A stretch of DNA of 54,925 nucleotides from an uncultured Pseudobdellovibrionaceae bacterium (GTDB taxonomy: Bacteria; Patescibacteriota; Minisyncoccia; Moranbacterales; GCA-2747515). Position numbers and translations under genes: made by a program. Shown one piece after another: positions 23,509-32,282 of the stretch. Each line of letters starts with the position of its first letter. Positions within the stretch are counted from its first letter, which is position 1. Where the stretch lies: positions 1-54,925 of the forward strand of contig CAYXCH010000007.1 of the NCBI GenBank assembly GCA_964463705.1, given 5' to 3'. The notes beneath the pieces were generated by a model. It saw only the letters and a program-made list of their open reading frames with translations. It was not told the origin of the DNA and did not search any database.

Positions 23509-24225
23509 TTACTGAACGCGCTCATCTCCAACAATGCGTCCGTCTCGCAACGACACCACCCGATCAACATACTTCCGATCATCTTCTTCATGCGTTACCA
23601 TCACGATAGTTTGTCCACCGGTTGCCAAATCACGCATCAGCGATAGCACCGTTTCCGCCGACTCTGAATCAAGATTTGCCGTAGGCTCATCGGCAAACAA
23701 TACCGCCGGACGATTCACCAATGCTCGCGCAATACTCACCCGCTGCTGTTCTCCACCGGACAACTCTGCCGGAACATTTGATATGCGATGAGACAGTCCC
23801 ACACGGGAAATAATATCACGAACATGCTTATGATCCTCAGAACGAACAACACGAGATGCCAACAGTGGCAACAGGACATTTTCATATAATGTCAATTCCG
23901 GCACCAACGCATAGTCTTGAAATACATACCCAATCGTCGTCAAACGAAGCTGTGATCGTTGTGCCGGCGACAGTGTCCGTGTATCAGTACCATTGAGAAA
24001 CACCGTACCCTGTGTCGGCCTATCCAACAATGCCAATTGATGAAGGAACGTACTCTTTCCACTCCCGCTTCTCCCCATCAATGCTGTAAACTCTCCGACA
24101 TAAAATGCACAGGATACATCTCGTAACGCATGAATCGGCTGCGTACTTTGTGCATGATATGTTCGGGAGACGCCGCGTGCCTCTACGGCCACGGGACGAG
24201 AGGTGTCTGTTATCGCATGAGCCAT
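23509..24225 (-). CDS. ABC transporter ATPase (LolD/MacB family)
   Basis: GRSGSGKST, LSGGEQQRV, FADEPTANLD, MVTH. Confidence 0.95.
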   Translation of the reverse strand: MAHAITDTSRPVAVEARGVSRTYHAQSTQPIHALRDVSCAFYVGEFTALMGRSGSGKSTFLHQLALLDRPTQGTVFLNGTDTRTLSPAQRSQLRLTTIGYVFQDYALVPELTLYENVLLPLLASRVVRSEDHKHVRDIISRVGLSHRISNVPAELSGGEQQRVSIARALVNRPAVLFADEPTANLDSESAETVLSLMRDLATGGQTIVMVTHEEDDRKYVDRVVSLRDGRIVGDERVQ

Positions 24226-25451
24226 AAGATTTCTTTTCGTGTTTCTCGCAATGCCGGTATCAGTGATCCGATAAAACCGGCAATGAGGAATAGAATCGCC
24301 GCCGCCCGAAGCGATTGCGAATCGGTAAATAATACCAATGGTCCCATCGGAAAATCAATCGGATGCGCGGAAAAGTATGTTGTTACTCCGTATCGCATGG
24401 TCATATATCCCAATACCATACCGACGATTGTATACACCATTCCGCGAATTACGTATGACAAAACAATACTGCTTCGTCGCACTCCGATTGCTTTAAGAAT
24501 ACCAATTTGTTTCCGACGATTAACAATATCAATAAATACGATAATAAAAATCACCAATCCCGCAACAAATGCCCCGATAACGCGCAGCATGGTACCAATC
24601 ATATCAAACGCTTGATTGATACTGCGCCCAAACGCCAATTTTGCATACCAATCACTGATTTTTACGGAATCTCCCAACAACGATCGCGCCAATGCCACCG
24701 TCTGCGCCGCCCGCTCTTTACGATCTAACCGCACAATAATTTCCGTCGCTTCCACATGTGTTCCCAACACGCTGTCCAAATCTCCACGCGGAACGATAAT
24801 CCGCGCATCGGTCTCAAAATTTTTCGTCTTAAAAATGCCGACAACATCATAATCACGCGTCACTCCATTCGTATATGCAATGGTAATTGTATCTCCCACC
24901 TGAACACCGCCAAGGTCATTTTGAAATACTGAACTTCCATATCCTCCGGCAATCTCCGCACCAACCAACGCCACCCCGCGCTCATTGGCATGAATATACC
25001 GACCATCCAACAATGACCCCGGAATATCAATTGCTGCCGCCTCCGCTTCCGGATCCACTCCCATGATAGACGCACCCATACTGTTTACTTCCCGCCCGTC
25101 ACCAACCGGATCAAATGTGACGGTGGAATTGGAAAATAGATGAATGGAAATGGCACGAACCCCGGGAAGATTTCTCAATATATCCACAACATGCGGTGCA
25201 TCGGCAATAATCTTCTCATCATCCGCCGCCTCCACAATCATTTCTCCAAACTGATATTCAATTTTTGTTTGGTCCATTGTTGCGGAAACACCGGTAAACA
25301 CGGAATCAATAAATAACAGATTTAAAAACACCGCCGCCAAAATCACCACCGTCATTATCAACGATCCGCGATCTGCGCGACGAAGAGCGCGAAACGCAAG
25401 AAATACCGCAACAACAACTGTTCGGATTCCTTTTTTCAATTCACTTACCAT
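24210..25451 (-). CDS. ABC permease (FtsX/MacB-like)
   Basis: One TM, large extracellular domain, three TMs; RRKQIGILKAIG. Confidence 0.9.
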   Translation of the reverse strand: MVSELKKGIRTVVVAVFLAFRALRRADRGSLIMTVVILAAVFLNLLFIDSVFTGVSATMDQTKIEYQFGEMIVEAADDEKIIADAPHVVDILRNLPGVRAISIHLFSNSTVTFDPVGDGREVNSMGASIMGVDPEAEAAAIDIPGSLLDGRYIHANERGVALVGAEIAGGYGSSVFQNDLGGVQVGDTITIAYTNGVTRDYDVVGIFKTKNFETDARIIVPRGDLDSVLGTHVEATEIIVRLDRKERAAQTVALARSLLGDSVKISDWYAKLAFGRSINQAFDMIGTMLRVIGAFVAGLVIFIIVFIDIVNRRKQIGILKAIGVRRSSIVLSYVIRGMVYTIVGMVLGYMTMRYGVTTYFSAHPIDFPMGPLVLFTDSQSLRAAAILFLIAGFIGSLIPALRETRKEILWLMR

Positions 25452-26437
25452 CGCTGTGCGATCACCGTGTCCTCATCCAATCCGCTGCGCACGACAATTC
25501 CATCATCTCCAACCATTTCCACTTCAATACGTTGGGGCTGAAACAATCCGTCCTCTGTACGCACGCGAACATACCACCCATCATCGCGACGCTGAGCACT
25601 TTCTCGCGGAATTCGTAAACTTCGCTCCCGACGCTCCACAACAATCCACACATCGGCGGATAATCCTTCTCGCAACACTTCATGAGGAATGCCATTTGCC
25701 ACGATGCGAGCAATAACATATGAACTGTTTTGTCGCTGAATCACCGAGGGCTCCACGGATTCAATTGTGCCAAAAAATTCTTGATTTCCCAGTGCATCAA
25801 AAACTATTCGTACTTGTTGTCCGCGTGAAATTTCACCGCTGTCCACTTCCGGAACCAATGCTTCCAGCATAAGGGAGGACGGATCAATGATACGCACCAG
25901 CACCCCCCGGGCCAGTGCACCAATGTCCGGAACATCACCAACAACAAGTCCATCCATCGGAGCACGTAGTACGGACTTGCTCGCCGCAATCTTCGCCGCT
26001 CGCGCCGCTGATCGCGCCTGCTCACTTGCCGATACAAGACGTGTACGATCCTCCGGCTTTAATCGTTCCCAATGACGGCGCGCTCGTTGCTCCGCCGCTT
26101 CCGCCTGCCGTACCGCTTCCTCATACTGCGCCACTCGTTCCGCCGCTTCCCGAATATCGGTACGCAATATGATTTGCCCGGCAGTGACATAATCTCCCGT
26201 TGCCACCGATACGGATGTAATGCGTAACGGTACCTCACTCTCCACCACGGCAGCACGTTGCGCCCGCAATGTCGCATCAGCGGTAACAGTTCGTTGCACC
26301 GCGGCATACGTCGGACGTATTGTCGGTGTTTCCGCACTGACAATATTTTGCGTCCGTTTATGAGATACGAAAAGCACTCCCCATACCGCACCAACAACAC
26401 ATAGCGCAATCAACGTATACAGCGTCGCTTTCTTCAT
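25445..26437 (-). CDS. Membrane fusion protein / efflux adaptor (HlyD/MacA-like)
   Basis: N-terminal anchor, alpha-hairpin, LRAPMDGLV, GQQVRIVFDAL, GLSADV. Confidence 0.88.
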   Translation of the reverse strand: MKKATLYTLIALCVVGAVWGVLFVSHKRTQNIVSAETPTIRPTYAAVQRTVTADATLRAQRAAVVESEVPLRITSVSVATGDYVTAGQIILRTDIREAAERVAQYEEAVRQAEAAEQRARRHWERLKPEDRTRLVSASEQARSAARAAKIAASKSVLRAPMDGLVVGDVPDIGALARGVLVRIIDPSSLMLEALVPEVDSGEISRGQQVRIVFDALGNQEFFGTIESVEPSVIQRQNSSYVIARIVANGIPHEVLREGLSADVWIVVERRERSLRIPRESAQRRDDGWYVRVRTEDGLFQPQRIEVEMVGDDGIVVRSGLDEDTVIAQRW

Positions 26438-26549
26438 ATAATTTCATATTACACACAACGCCGCCCCCACAATATTATGCATAAACACTATGGCAGGTGC
26501 CAAAACACCAAGAAACACCGTTTTCGCGGCATGAATATGAACGTATCTA

Positions 26550-26912
26550 CTAGAGATCCAGTTCCCCAACAACTTCATCCAGTGTTTTTCGGCTCGGTGT
26601 CGCCTCTTCTTGCTGTGATTCCCGTTGCTCAGACCGCTCATGTCGTCGTCGCTCCGATCCTTCCGGCTCGTTGATCTTGAGATTGACGCGCGCATTGTCT
26701 CGCGCTCCCACGGTACGCAACAATGTCCGAATCGCCTTTGCCGTTGCACCTTCGCGCCCAATAACCATCCCCATGTCTTGCGGATCCACTGTCAGCGTAA
26801 TCAATACGCCCATTTCATCCACCGTGCGATCCACCTGTACCGCCTCCGGCTTATCTACAATTTGCTTTACCACAAACTCCACGAACTCTTGGTCCGTCAC
26901 ACGCTGTGTCAT
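26550..26912 (-). CDS. khpA: KH-domain RNA-binding protein KhpA
   Basis: VKQIVDKP..V, DMGMVIGREGATAKAIRTLL. Confidence 0.9.
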   Translation of the reverse strand: MTQRVTDQEFVEFVVKQIVDKPEAVQVDRTVDEMGVLITLTVDPQDMGMVIGREGATAKAIRTLLRTVGARDNARVNLKINEPEGSERRRHERSEQRESQQEEATPSRKTLDEVVGELDL

Positions 26913-26965
26913 ACTCGTTTCTTAAAAACCTTCTTACCCATGCGCACATGTGCACACGTACTTTC

Positions 26966-26994
26966 ATTGTATGGCACACCGTGAACAACGTCAA
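26966..26994 (-). promoter_or_regulatory. Sigma70-type promoter for khpA
   Basis: TTGACG-N17-TACAAT on the minus strand. Confidence 0.75.
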
Positions 26995-28169
26995 TACGCC
27001 GGCGTCGGTTTAATAAGCGCATTACCACCAAAAATATTCCATAAATACTTCTTTAATGCAAAAGTCTTGGGGTGCGCCAGATAATCCTCTATACCACGTG
27101 CATGCACATTCCCGGTAATAAGAGATACTTTTTCACCATGATTACCACGCTGCATTGCATCCATTACATCTAAACTATTTTTTAACATTAACACTGTGCG
27201 CCCGTCAGCAACATGTGACAGAAAAAAGCGTTCTGGTATATTAAATTTATAATTTAATGAAACATCTGCAATAGCGCCATACTTGCTGTATAATGATATT
27301 GGAATTGCCAATGCTATACGCGCAAGACGATCTTCATGTTTCTGTGCATATAATGCAAGAAATGTTGACATAGTAAAAGCTGTAATTTCAAGCGCTTTAT
27401 ACGCATCTACACTATGCGCAATATCAACATAAAATGCCTTCTTCCCCTTCTCTTGTGCATAATCTGCAAGCGCATCAAAATATCCTCTTCCATATTCCAA
27501 AAGTGCAACATCGGCTGTACGAATTGCTTGAGAAAGTAAAATGTAATCACGATTATTATAGAAATGTTTCCAATCATGTGCTATGCCAATATTATGTAGT
27601 TGTGCATGATCAATGTCATGAAACTGATTTACAAAACTCCCTTCATTATATTGTGGTATGACATTTGACTCTTCCTCTCTTAGGCATATGAGCATCATAT
27701 TTCTCTCCCTATCCAACTTTTGATTGGGAGCTTTATTTAATAGTTTTGCACCGATTCCGCTCATGCCGAACACTACCGCAGCCACTACTGCATCCTCTTT
27801 ATAGAGAAATGACGGTGGGGCGATAAATCCGCTCTGCGGGGCTACGTCTTCCCTCTCCATCTCTGTAATGTCATGGAGAGAAGTATGTAACTCTTCTTCC
27901 GCGGCATCATAAAGCTCTTGTAAATGTGCATCTTTATGCAATGCATCTGCAACCTCTTCCACCTCAGAACTCTCCACAAGACGGGCAAGTGCCGCGTGTT
28001 GATCGTCCGTATTATCCAACTGTGCAATATCACTCATGGAGTGTCTGATACGTGATAGGGGCGCAGCATACCGCTCCGTCACTACCGACGAACCAAACAC
28101 GGTATCCGGCGACGCCGCCATTGCCGCCGCCCCTGCTGCCGCCGCTTTAAGAAAATCTCTACGATCCAT
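26991..28169 (-). CDS. Orphan with twin-arginine-like N-terminus and TraB/GumN/Tiki-like motifs
   Basis: MDRRDFLKAAAAGAAAMAA; IGIAH..DVALLE, GRTVLM, LITGNVHARGI; TAATG overlap with gltX. Confidence 0.6.
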   Translation of the reverse strand: MDRRDFLKAAAAGAAAMAASPDTVFGSSVVTERYAAPLSRIRHSMSDIAQLDNTDDQHAALARLVESSEVEEVADALHKDAHLQELYDAAEEELHTSLHDITEMEREDVAPQSGFIAPPSFLYKEDAVVAAVVFGMSGIGAKLLNKAPNQKLDRERNMMLICLREEESNVIPQYNEGSFVNQFHDIDHAQLHNIGIAHDWKHFYNNRDYILLSQAIRTADVALLEYGRGYFDALADYAQEKGKKAFYVDIAHSVDAYKALEITAFTMSTFLALYAQKHEDRLARIALAIPISLYSKYGAIADVSLNYKFNIPERFFLSHVADGRTVLMLKNSLDVMDAMQRGNHGEKVSLITGNVHARGIEDYLAHPKTFALKKYLWNIFGGNALIKPTPAY

Positions 28170-29659
28170 TATGCTATTGTATCAATTGCTTGAACTATGC
28201 GCTCCAATGTTTCCTCTTTTCCCAAAACCCATGCACACTCAAACGGACTCGGACTTCGTTTTGCGCCGGTAAGCGCAACACGCACGGGCCATAAAAGATC
28301 TCCGCGCTTCTCTCCCGCCGCCTCCATCAACTCGCGCTCTATCGCTTCCCGTGTCCACTCATCCTCCGGAATCGCACGCAATACCGTTAACGCGTGACTC
28401 AGTGCCGCTCGTGTCTCTTCGTCCGTATTCTTCTTCCATCGCAACATATTTACATCGGAAATCTCCGGACGAGCAAAGAAATATGCCGCTTGTTCAACAC
28501 CAAACTCCGCCAGTGTCTCCAATCGCTCTCGTACAACCGCCGCCACACGGTACAAATATTCAGAATGCGTATACCGCTCATCGGCGACACGAAAGAACTC
28601 TTGGGTTTGCAAGAATGGCAGTGCCGCCTCCACCAACTGTTGTGGATTCATGCGTTTAATATGTTGCATATTAAACCAACGCAGGCGAGAGAGATCACAG
28701 ACCGCCCCCGACGCATTCACATCATGCAATGAAAATCGCTCTTGCAATTCCTCCATGGTAAAAATCTCCTGCGTTTCTCCTTTTCCGGGATTCCATCCCA
28801 ACAACGCCACAAAATTCACCAATGCCTGCGGTAGAAATCCCTTCTCCTTGTAGTCTTCCACCGCCACATCACCCTGCCGCTTGGAAAGCTTGCTCCGGTC
28901 CGGATTGAGTAGCAGAGGAACATGGGCAAACCGCGGAGCGTCCCACCCGAATGCACGATATAACAATATATGCTTTGGAGTGCTGGGTAACCACTCTTCA
29001 CCGCGAATTACATGGGTGATGCGCATTTCATGATCATCCACCACGCTCGCCAAATGATACGTCGGAAACCCATCGGATTTAAGAAGTACTTGATCATCAA
29101 TCGTATCCGTTTCCACGGTAATCCGTCCGCGTACTTCATCATCAATAACAATCGTCTCCCCGCGCGGAACCGCCAGTCGTACAACATATGATGCACCCTC
29201 CCGAACTCGTTTCTCCGCCTCTTCAGAAGCAATTCCGCGACAATGTCCATCATACATCGGAGGTTGCTTGGCCGCTTGCTGTGCCGCTCGCACCGCCTGT
29301 AACCGTTCCGCATCGCAAAAGCAATAATAGGCATCACCGGATTCAATCAGTCGTCTCACTTGCACACGATAACGCTCCAATCGCTGAGATTGTGTGTACG
29401 GCCCATACGCTCCCACCTCGCTCTGCACACCGTCTTGCATCAATACCCCCTCATCCGGAACAATTCCCGCCCATTCCAGTGAGCGCAACATATTGTCCAC
29501 CGCGCCATCCACACTGCGCGATTGATCCGTATCCTCCACTCGCAATACAAACGTCCCACCCCGCGCTTTGGCAAACAAATAATTATACAGTGCCGTTCGT
29601 AATCCTCCGATGTGCAAATACCCCGTCGGCGAAGGCGCAAACCGTGTCCGTACCGTCAT
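28169..29659 (-). CDS. gltX: Glutamate--tRNA ligase
   Basis: RFAPSPTGYLHIGG, LRVEDTD, THVIRGEEW, KLSKR. Confidence 0.98.
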   Translation of the reverse strand: MTVRTRFAPSPTGYLHIGGLRTALYNYLFAKARGGTFVLRVEDTDQSRSVDGAVDNMLRSLEWAGIVPDEGVLMQDGVQSEVGAYGPYTQSQRLERYRVQVRRLIESGDAYYCFCDAERLQAVRAAQQAAKQPPMYDGHCRGIASEEAEKRVREGASYVVRLAVPRGETIVIDDEVRGRITVETDTIDDQVLLKSDGFPTYHLASVVDDHEMRITHVIRGEEWLPSTPKHILLYRAFGWDAPRFAHVPLLLNPDRSKLSKRQGDVAVEDYKEKGFLPQALVNFVALLGWNPGKGETQEIFTMEELQERFSLHDVNASGAVCDLSRLRWFNMQHIKRMNPQQLVEAALPFLQTQEFFRVADERYTHSEYLYRVAAVVRERLETLAEFGVEQAAYFFARPEISDVNMLRWKKNTDEETRAALSHALTVLRAIPEDEWTREAIERELMEAAGEKRGDLLWPVRVALTGAKRSPSPFECAWVLGKEETLERIVQAIDTIA

Positions 29660-29711
29660 ACCAAAGTAATCACTGATTACCTTTGTATACTACATGGAAT
29701 TATACAATCTA

Positions 29712-30320
29712 TCAATTAGTGATGATACGAAGGGCATCGTGATGATTATCACATATCGTTACATGCCGAATATAATAATCCCAGTCCGCTACCGTATTAT
29801 AATGCGCTGTTGCCGTCCGCATCCAATCAAAAAGACCGTCCCAATAGTCATGTTTGATACAAATGACCGGAACTGCCGAAGCAAGATCCGCGGAAAACAG
29901 TGCCAGCACTTCAAAAATTTCATCCATTGTTCCAAATGCTCCGGGGTAGAATACCAGCGCTTGACTATATTGTGCCATTATAATTCGTCGCAATGCCAAA
30001 TCACGCACCGTGATAATATGCGTCAAAATACCATCATCCGACGTCTCCAGATCTGAAAGTGCGGGAACGCGAACTCCAATAGATGATGTACCGGCCGCCA
30101 TAGCACCGGCATTTGCCGCCGACATCACACCGGGACCACCACCGGTTACAATTCCATATCCTCGCTTTCCCAATGCCTCCGCTAACGCATAGGCATCACG
30201 ATATGATGTGGACTGTGGCGTGAACCGATGTGAACCATACACTGTTACAAGCGGAGTCTTCATCTTCCGCAGCGCTCGTAAACCGTCACGATACGTGGAA
30301 AAACATAATTGCTGTGACAT
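29712..30320 (-). CDS. LOG-family nucleotide-monophosphate phosphoribohydrolase (divergent)
   Basis: VTVYGS.R, VTGGGPGVM.AAN.GA, RR, YPGAFGTMDEIFE (PGxxGTxxE). Confidence 0.9.
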   Translation of the reverse strand: MSQQLCFSTYRDGLRALRKMKTPLVTVYGSHRFTPQSTSYRDAYALAEALGKRGYGIVTGGGPGVMSAANAGAMAAGTSSIGVRVPALSDLETSDDGILTHIITVRDLALRRIIMAQYSQALVFYPGAFGTMDEIFEVLALFSADLASAVPVICIKHDYWDGLFDWMRTATAHYNTVADWDYYIRHVTICDNHHDALRIITN

Positions 30321-30345
30321 AGAGATAAATTCTACTTATGGTGAC

Positions 30346-31269
30346 TTAGGATTTCTTTCCATAATTACTGTTAAAGAACGCTTGGAACAACGGACCAACA
30401 CCAACCACGCCGGACTGCGAAAATGTTGGTTCGTATTTCGATATGCGAAAATGCTCATAACGAAAATCATCCAAGGTCATCGGAGCATCCTCCGTCAAAT
30501 GCAATTGCGGCAATGGCGTCTTTGGATTATACAGACGTAACATCTTCCTTGCTAATTTACGATTCTCATCGTAAATATGAGCATCGGCAATATTATAGAA
30601 GAGTGTTCCCACTTGCAACCCCGTAATATGTGCGACAATATGAGTCAGAAGTGCATAAACAACAATGTCATAGGGAGCACCAAAGACGAGGTCCGCCGCC
30701 CGCTGAGTTAGATGACAGTAAAGCGTTCTATCGGCAACCATAAACTGAAAGATATGCGGACAAGGGGGCAATGACATTGTGTCCAATGCCCCCACATTCC
30801 ACGAACTGACCACTAACCGTTTTGAGTACGGATGTTCACGAATTTCATCCACAATTGTTTGCAATTGATCATAAACACGATCACCGCTCTCCCAATGTCG
30901 CCATTGATACATATGTCCAACATATCCATCGTCATCAGCAAAGTTATCCCAAATATGGATATTGTTCTTCAGCAGATAGTCAATCGTGTCGTCTCCACGC
31001 AAAATCCATAGCATCTCGTGTGCCGCAATACGAAAAGAAATTTTGCGTAAGGTGGTAAGAGGAAACTCACGAGAGAGATCAATCGACATTTGTACTCCGA
31101 AAAGCGAGTGTTGTCGTCCGCTGCGTGACGGTTTGAAAATACCCCGCTCTAAGCAACGACGTAATAATGCCGCATACTGTGCGTCATATCGCAACACATT
31201 TTCAGTATTCATTACCATTGTCATATAGTTGATTAATAGAAGCATCTTGCGCTCTATACATCCCGACAC
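30346..31269 (-). CDS. Thymidylate-synthase-fold protein with cytidylate-type active site (putative CMP/dCMP C5-methylase or hydroxymethylase)
   Basis: TS motifs HEMLW, IWD, QWR.W, VSSWN, LPPC, DAHIY; substitutions QRAAD, PYD (Asn177->Asp) and SKR; start may be 31224. Confidence 0.85.
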   Translation of the reverse strand: MSGCIERKMLLLINYMTMVMNTENVLRYDAQYAALLRRCLERGIFKPSRSGRQHSLFGVQMSIDLSREFPLTTLRKISFRIAAHEMLWILRGDDTIDYLLKNNIHIWDNFADDDGYVGHMYQWRHWESGDRVYDQLQTIVDEIREHPYSKRLVVSSWNVGALDTMSLPPCPHIFQFMVADRTLYCHLTQRAADLVFGAPYDIVVYALLTHIVAHITGLQVGTLFYNIADAHIYDENRKLARKMLRLYNPKTPLPQLHLTEDAPMTLDDFRYEHFRISKYEPTFSQSGVVGVGPLFQAFFNSNYGKKS

Positions 31270-32096
31270 GGAGTAAGTTTATACAATACAAACTCTACCT
31301 CACCGCCCTCATCGCCCACACTACGCTTCACTTCGCTCAGTTCCACATTAGCATCAGCACAAATCTCTCGCAGCTCCTTCTCATCACCAAAGTTGCCAAA
31401 TCCGAGATACCCGACACCATCATCAGAGAGATGTTGTGAAAGACCGACAATAAACCGACGAAGGGCACTATATCCGGGATCATACAATCCATATTGCAAT
31501 AAGTCCTTGTGCCGAAAATCCTCCGGCTTTTCAATCCACGGGTGATTCCAATAGATTACGTCATATTTTGTTCCGGGAGAAAGCGCATCATAAACATCAC
31601 TCTCTAATGCCATACACTGGGAACCACATTGCAATAACTCAATGTTATGACGACAGTTCCGTACAGCAGCATCAGATATATCTGTAAGTGTGACAGGGGC
31701 AACGCGTCCGGTTTTATATAAGGACAGACCTGTAATTCCGGAACCCGCACCAATCTCCAATAATGACGGAGTCACTCCGTTATGACGCTTCTTATAGTCA
31801 TCCAATTCCTCAAAGAGTGTCGGCGTAAACAATTCATGTCCATGAAAAATTTCCGGTGAAAATACATCGGGAAGCACATCAATTGTTTTCTCTGTGCCGT
31901 GAAGTGGAACAGAATGCCTTCCACGGTCACGATTCTCATCCAGAATCTCTTCGGAAATATCCGCCTGAGCCAAAACCCACTGTTGGTGTGTATCTGCCAC
32001 TTCATCACAATGGCCGGATTCACCATTGTCGCCTGTCGTCGCCGTCACAGGTGCATGTGAAGCATATGGTGTAGGAATATTTTTATCGTTCATCAT
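31254..32096 (-). CDS. Class I SAM-dependent methyltransferase
   Basis: LEIGAGSGI, TDIS, SDVY, DVIYWNHPW, YDPGY. Confidence 0.9.
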   Translation of the reverse strand: MMNDKNIPTPYASHAPVTATTGDNGESGHCDEVADTHQQWVLAQADISEEILDENRDRGRHSVPLHGTEKTIDVLPDVFSPEIFHGHELFTPTLFEELDDYKKRHNGVTPSLLEIGAGSGITGLSLYKTGRVAPVTLTDISDAAVRNCRHNIELLQCGSQCMALESDVYDALSPGTKYDVIYWNHPWIEKPEDFRHKDLLQYGLYDPGYSALRRFIVGLSQHLSDDGVGYLGFGNFGDEKELREICADANVELSEVKRSVGDEGGEVEFVLYKLTPCRDV

Positions 32097-32282
32097 ATTA
32101 ACGCTTATTAATTATCACAAACCTCCTATACATTCAGCGAACCATTTTTGTAAAAACATAACAAATATTTATATATGTCAACTACAAATATTTCCTTCTG
32201 TTAAGCCAAAAATAGAACTATCCCTCTCTTATTCATAAATGTTGTACACCAGGCACTTCTTGGTTTATACTGAAATATATAA

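Noticed and set aside
30346-31269. Plain thyA annotation
   Set aside because: The uracil-specifying Asn is Asp and two phosphate/sugar-site residues are changed, so the symbol was withheld pending assay.
31254-32096. PrmC/HemK call for the methyltransferase
   Set aside because: No LIPRPETE or NPPY motif, no PrmC N-terminal domain, and not linked to prfA.
32098-32128. AGGAGG followed by a 6-codon mini-ORF upstream of the methyltransferase
   Set aside because: SD-to-GTG spacing is only 3 nt and the SD is 25 nt from the main ATG; no support for a leader peptide.
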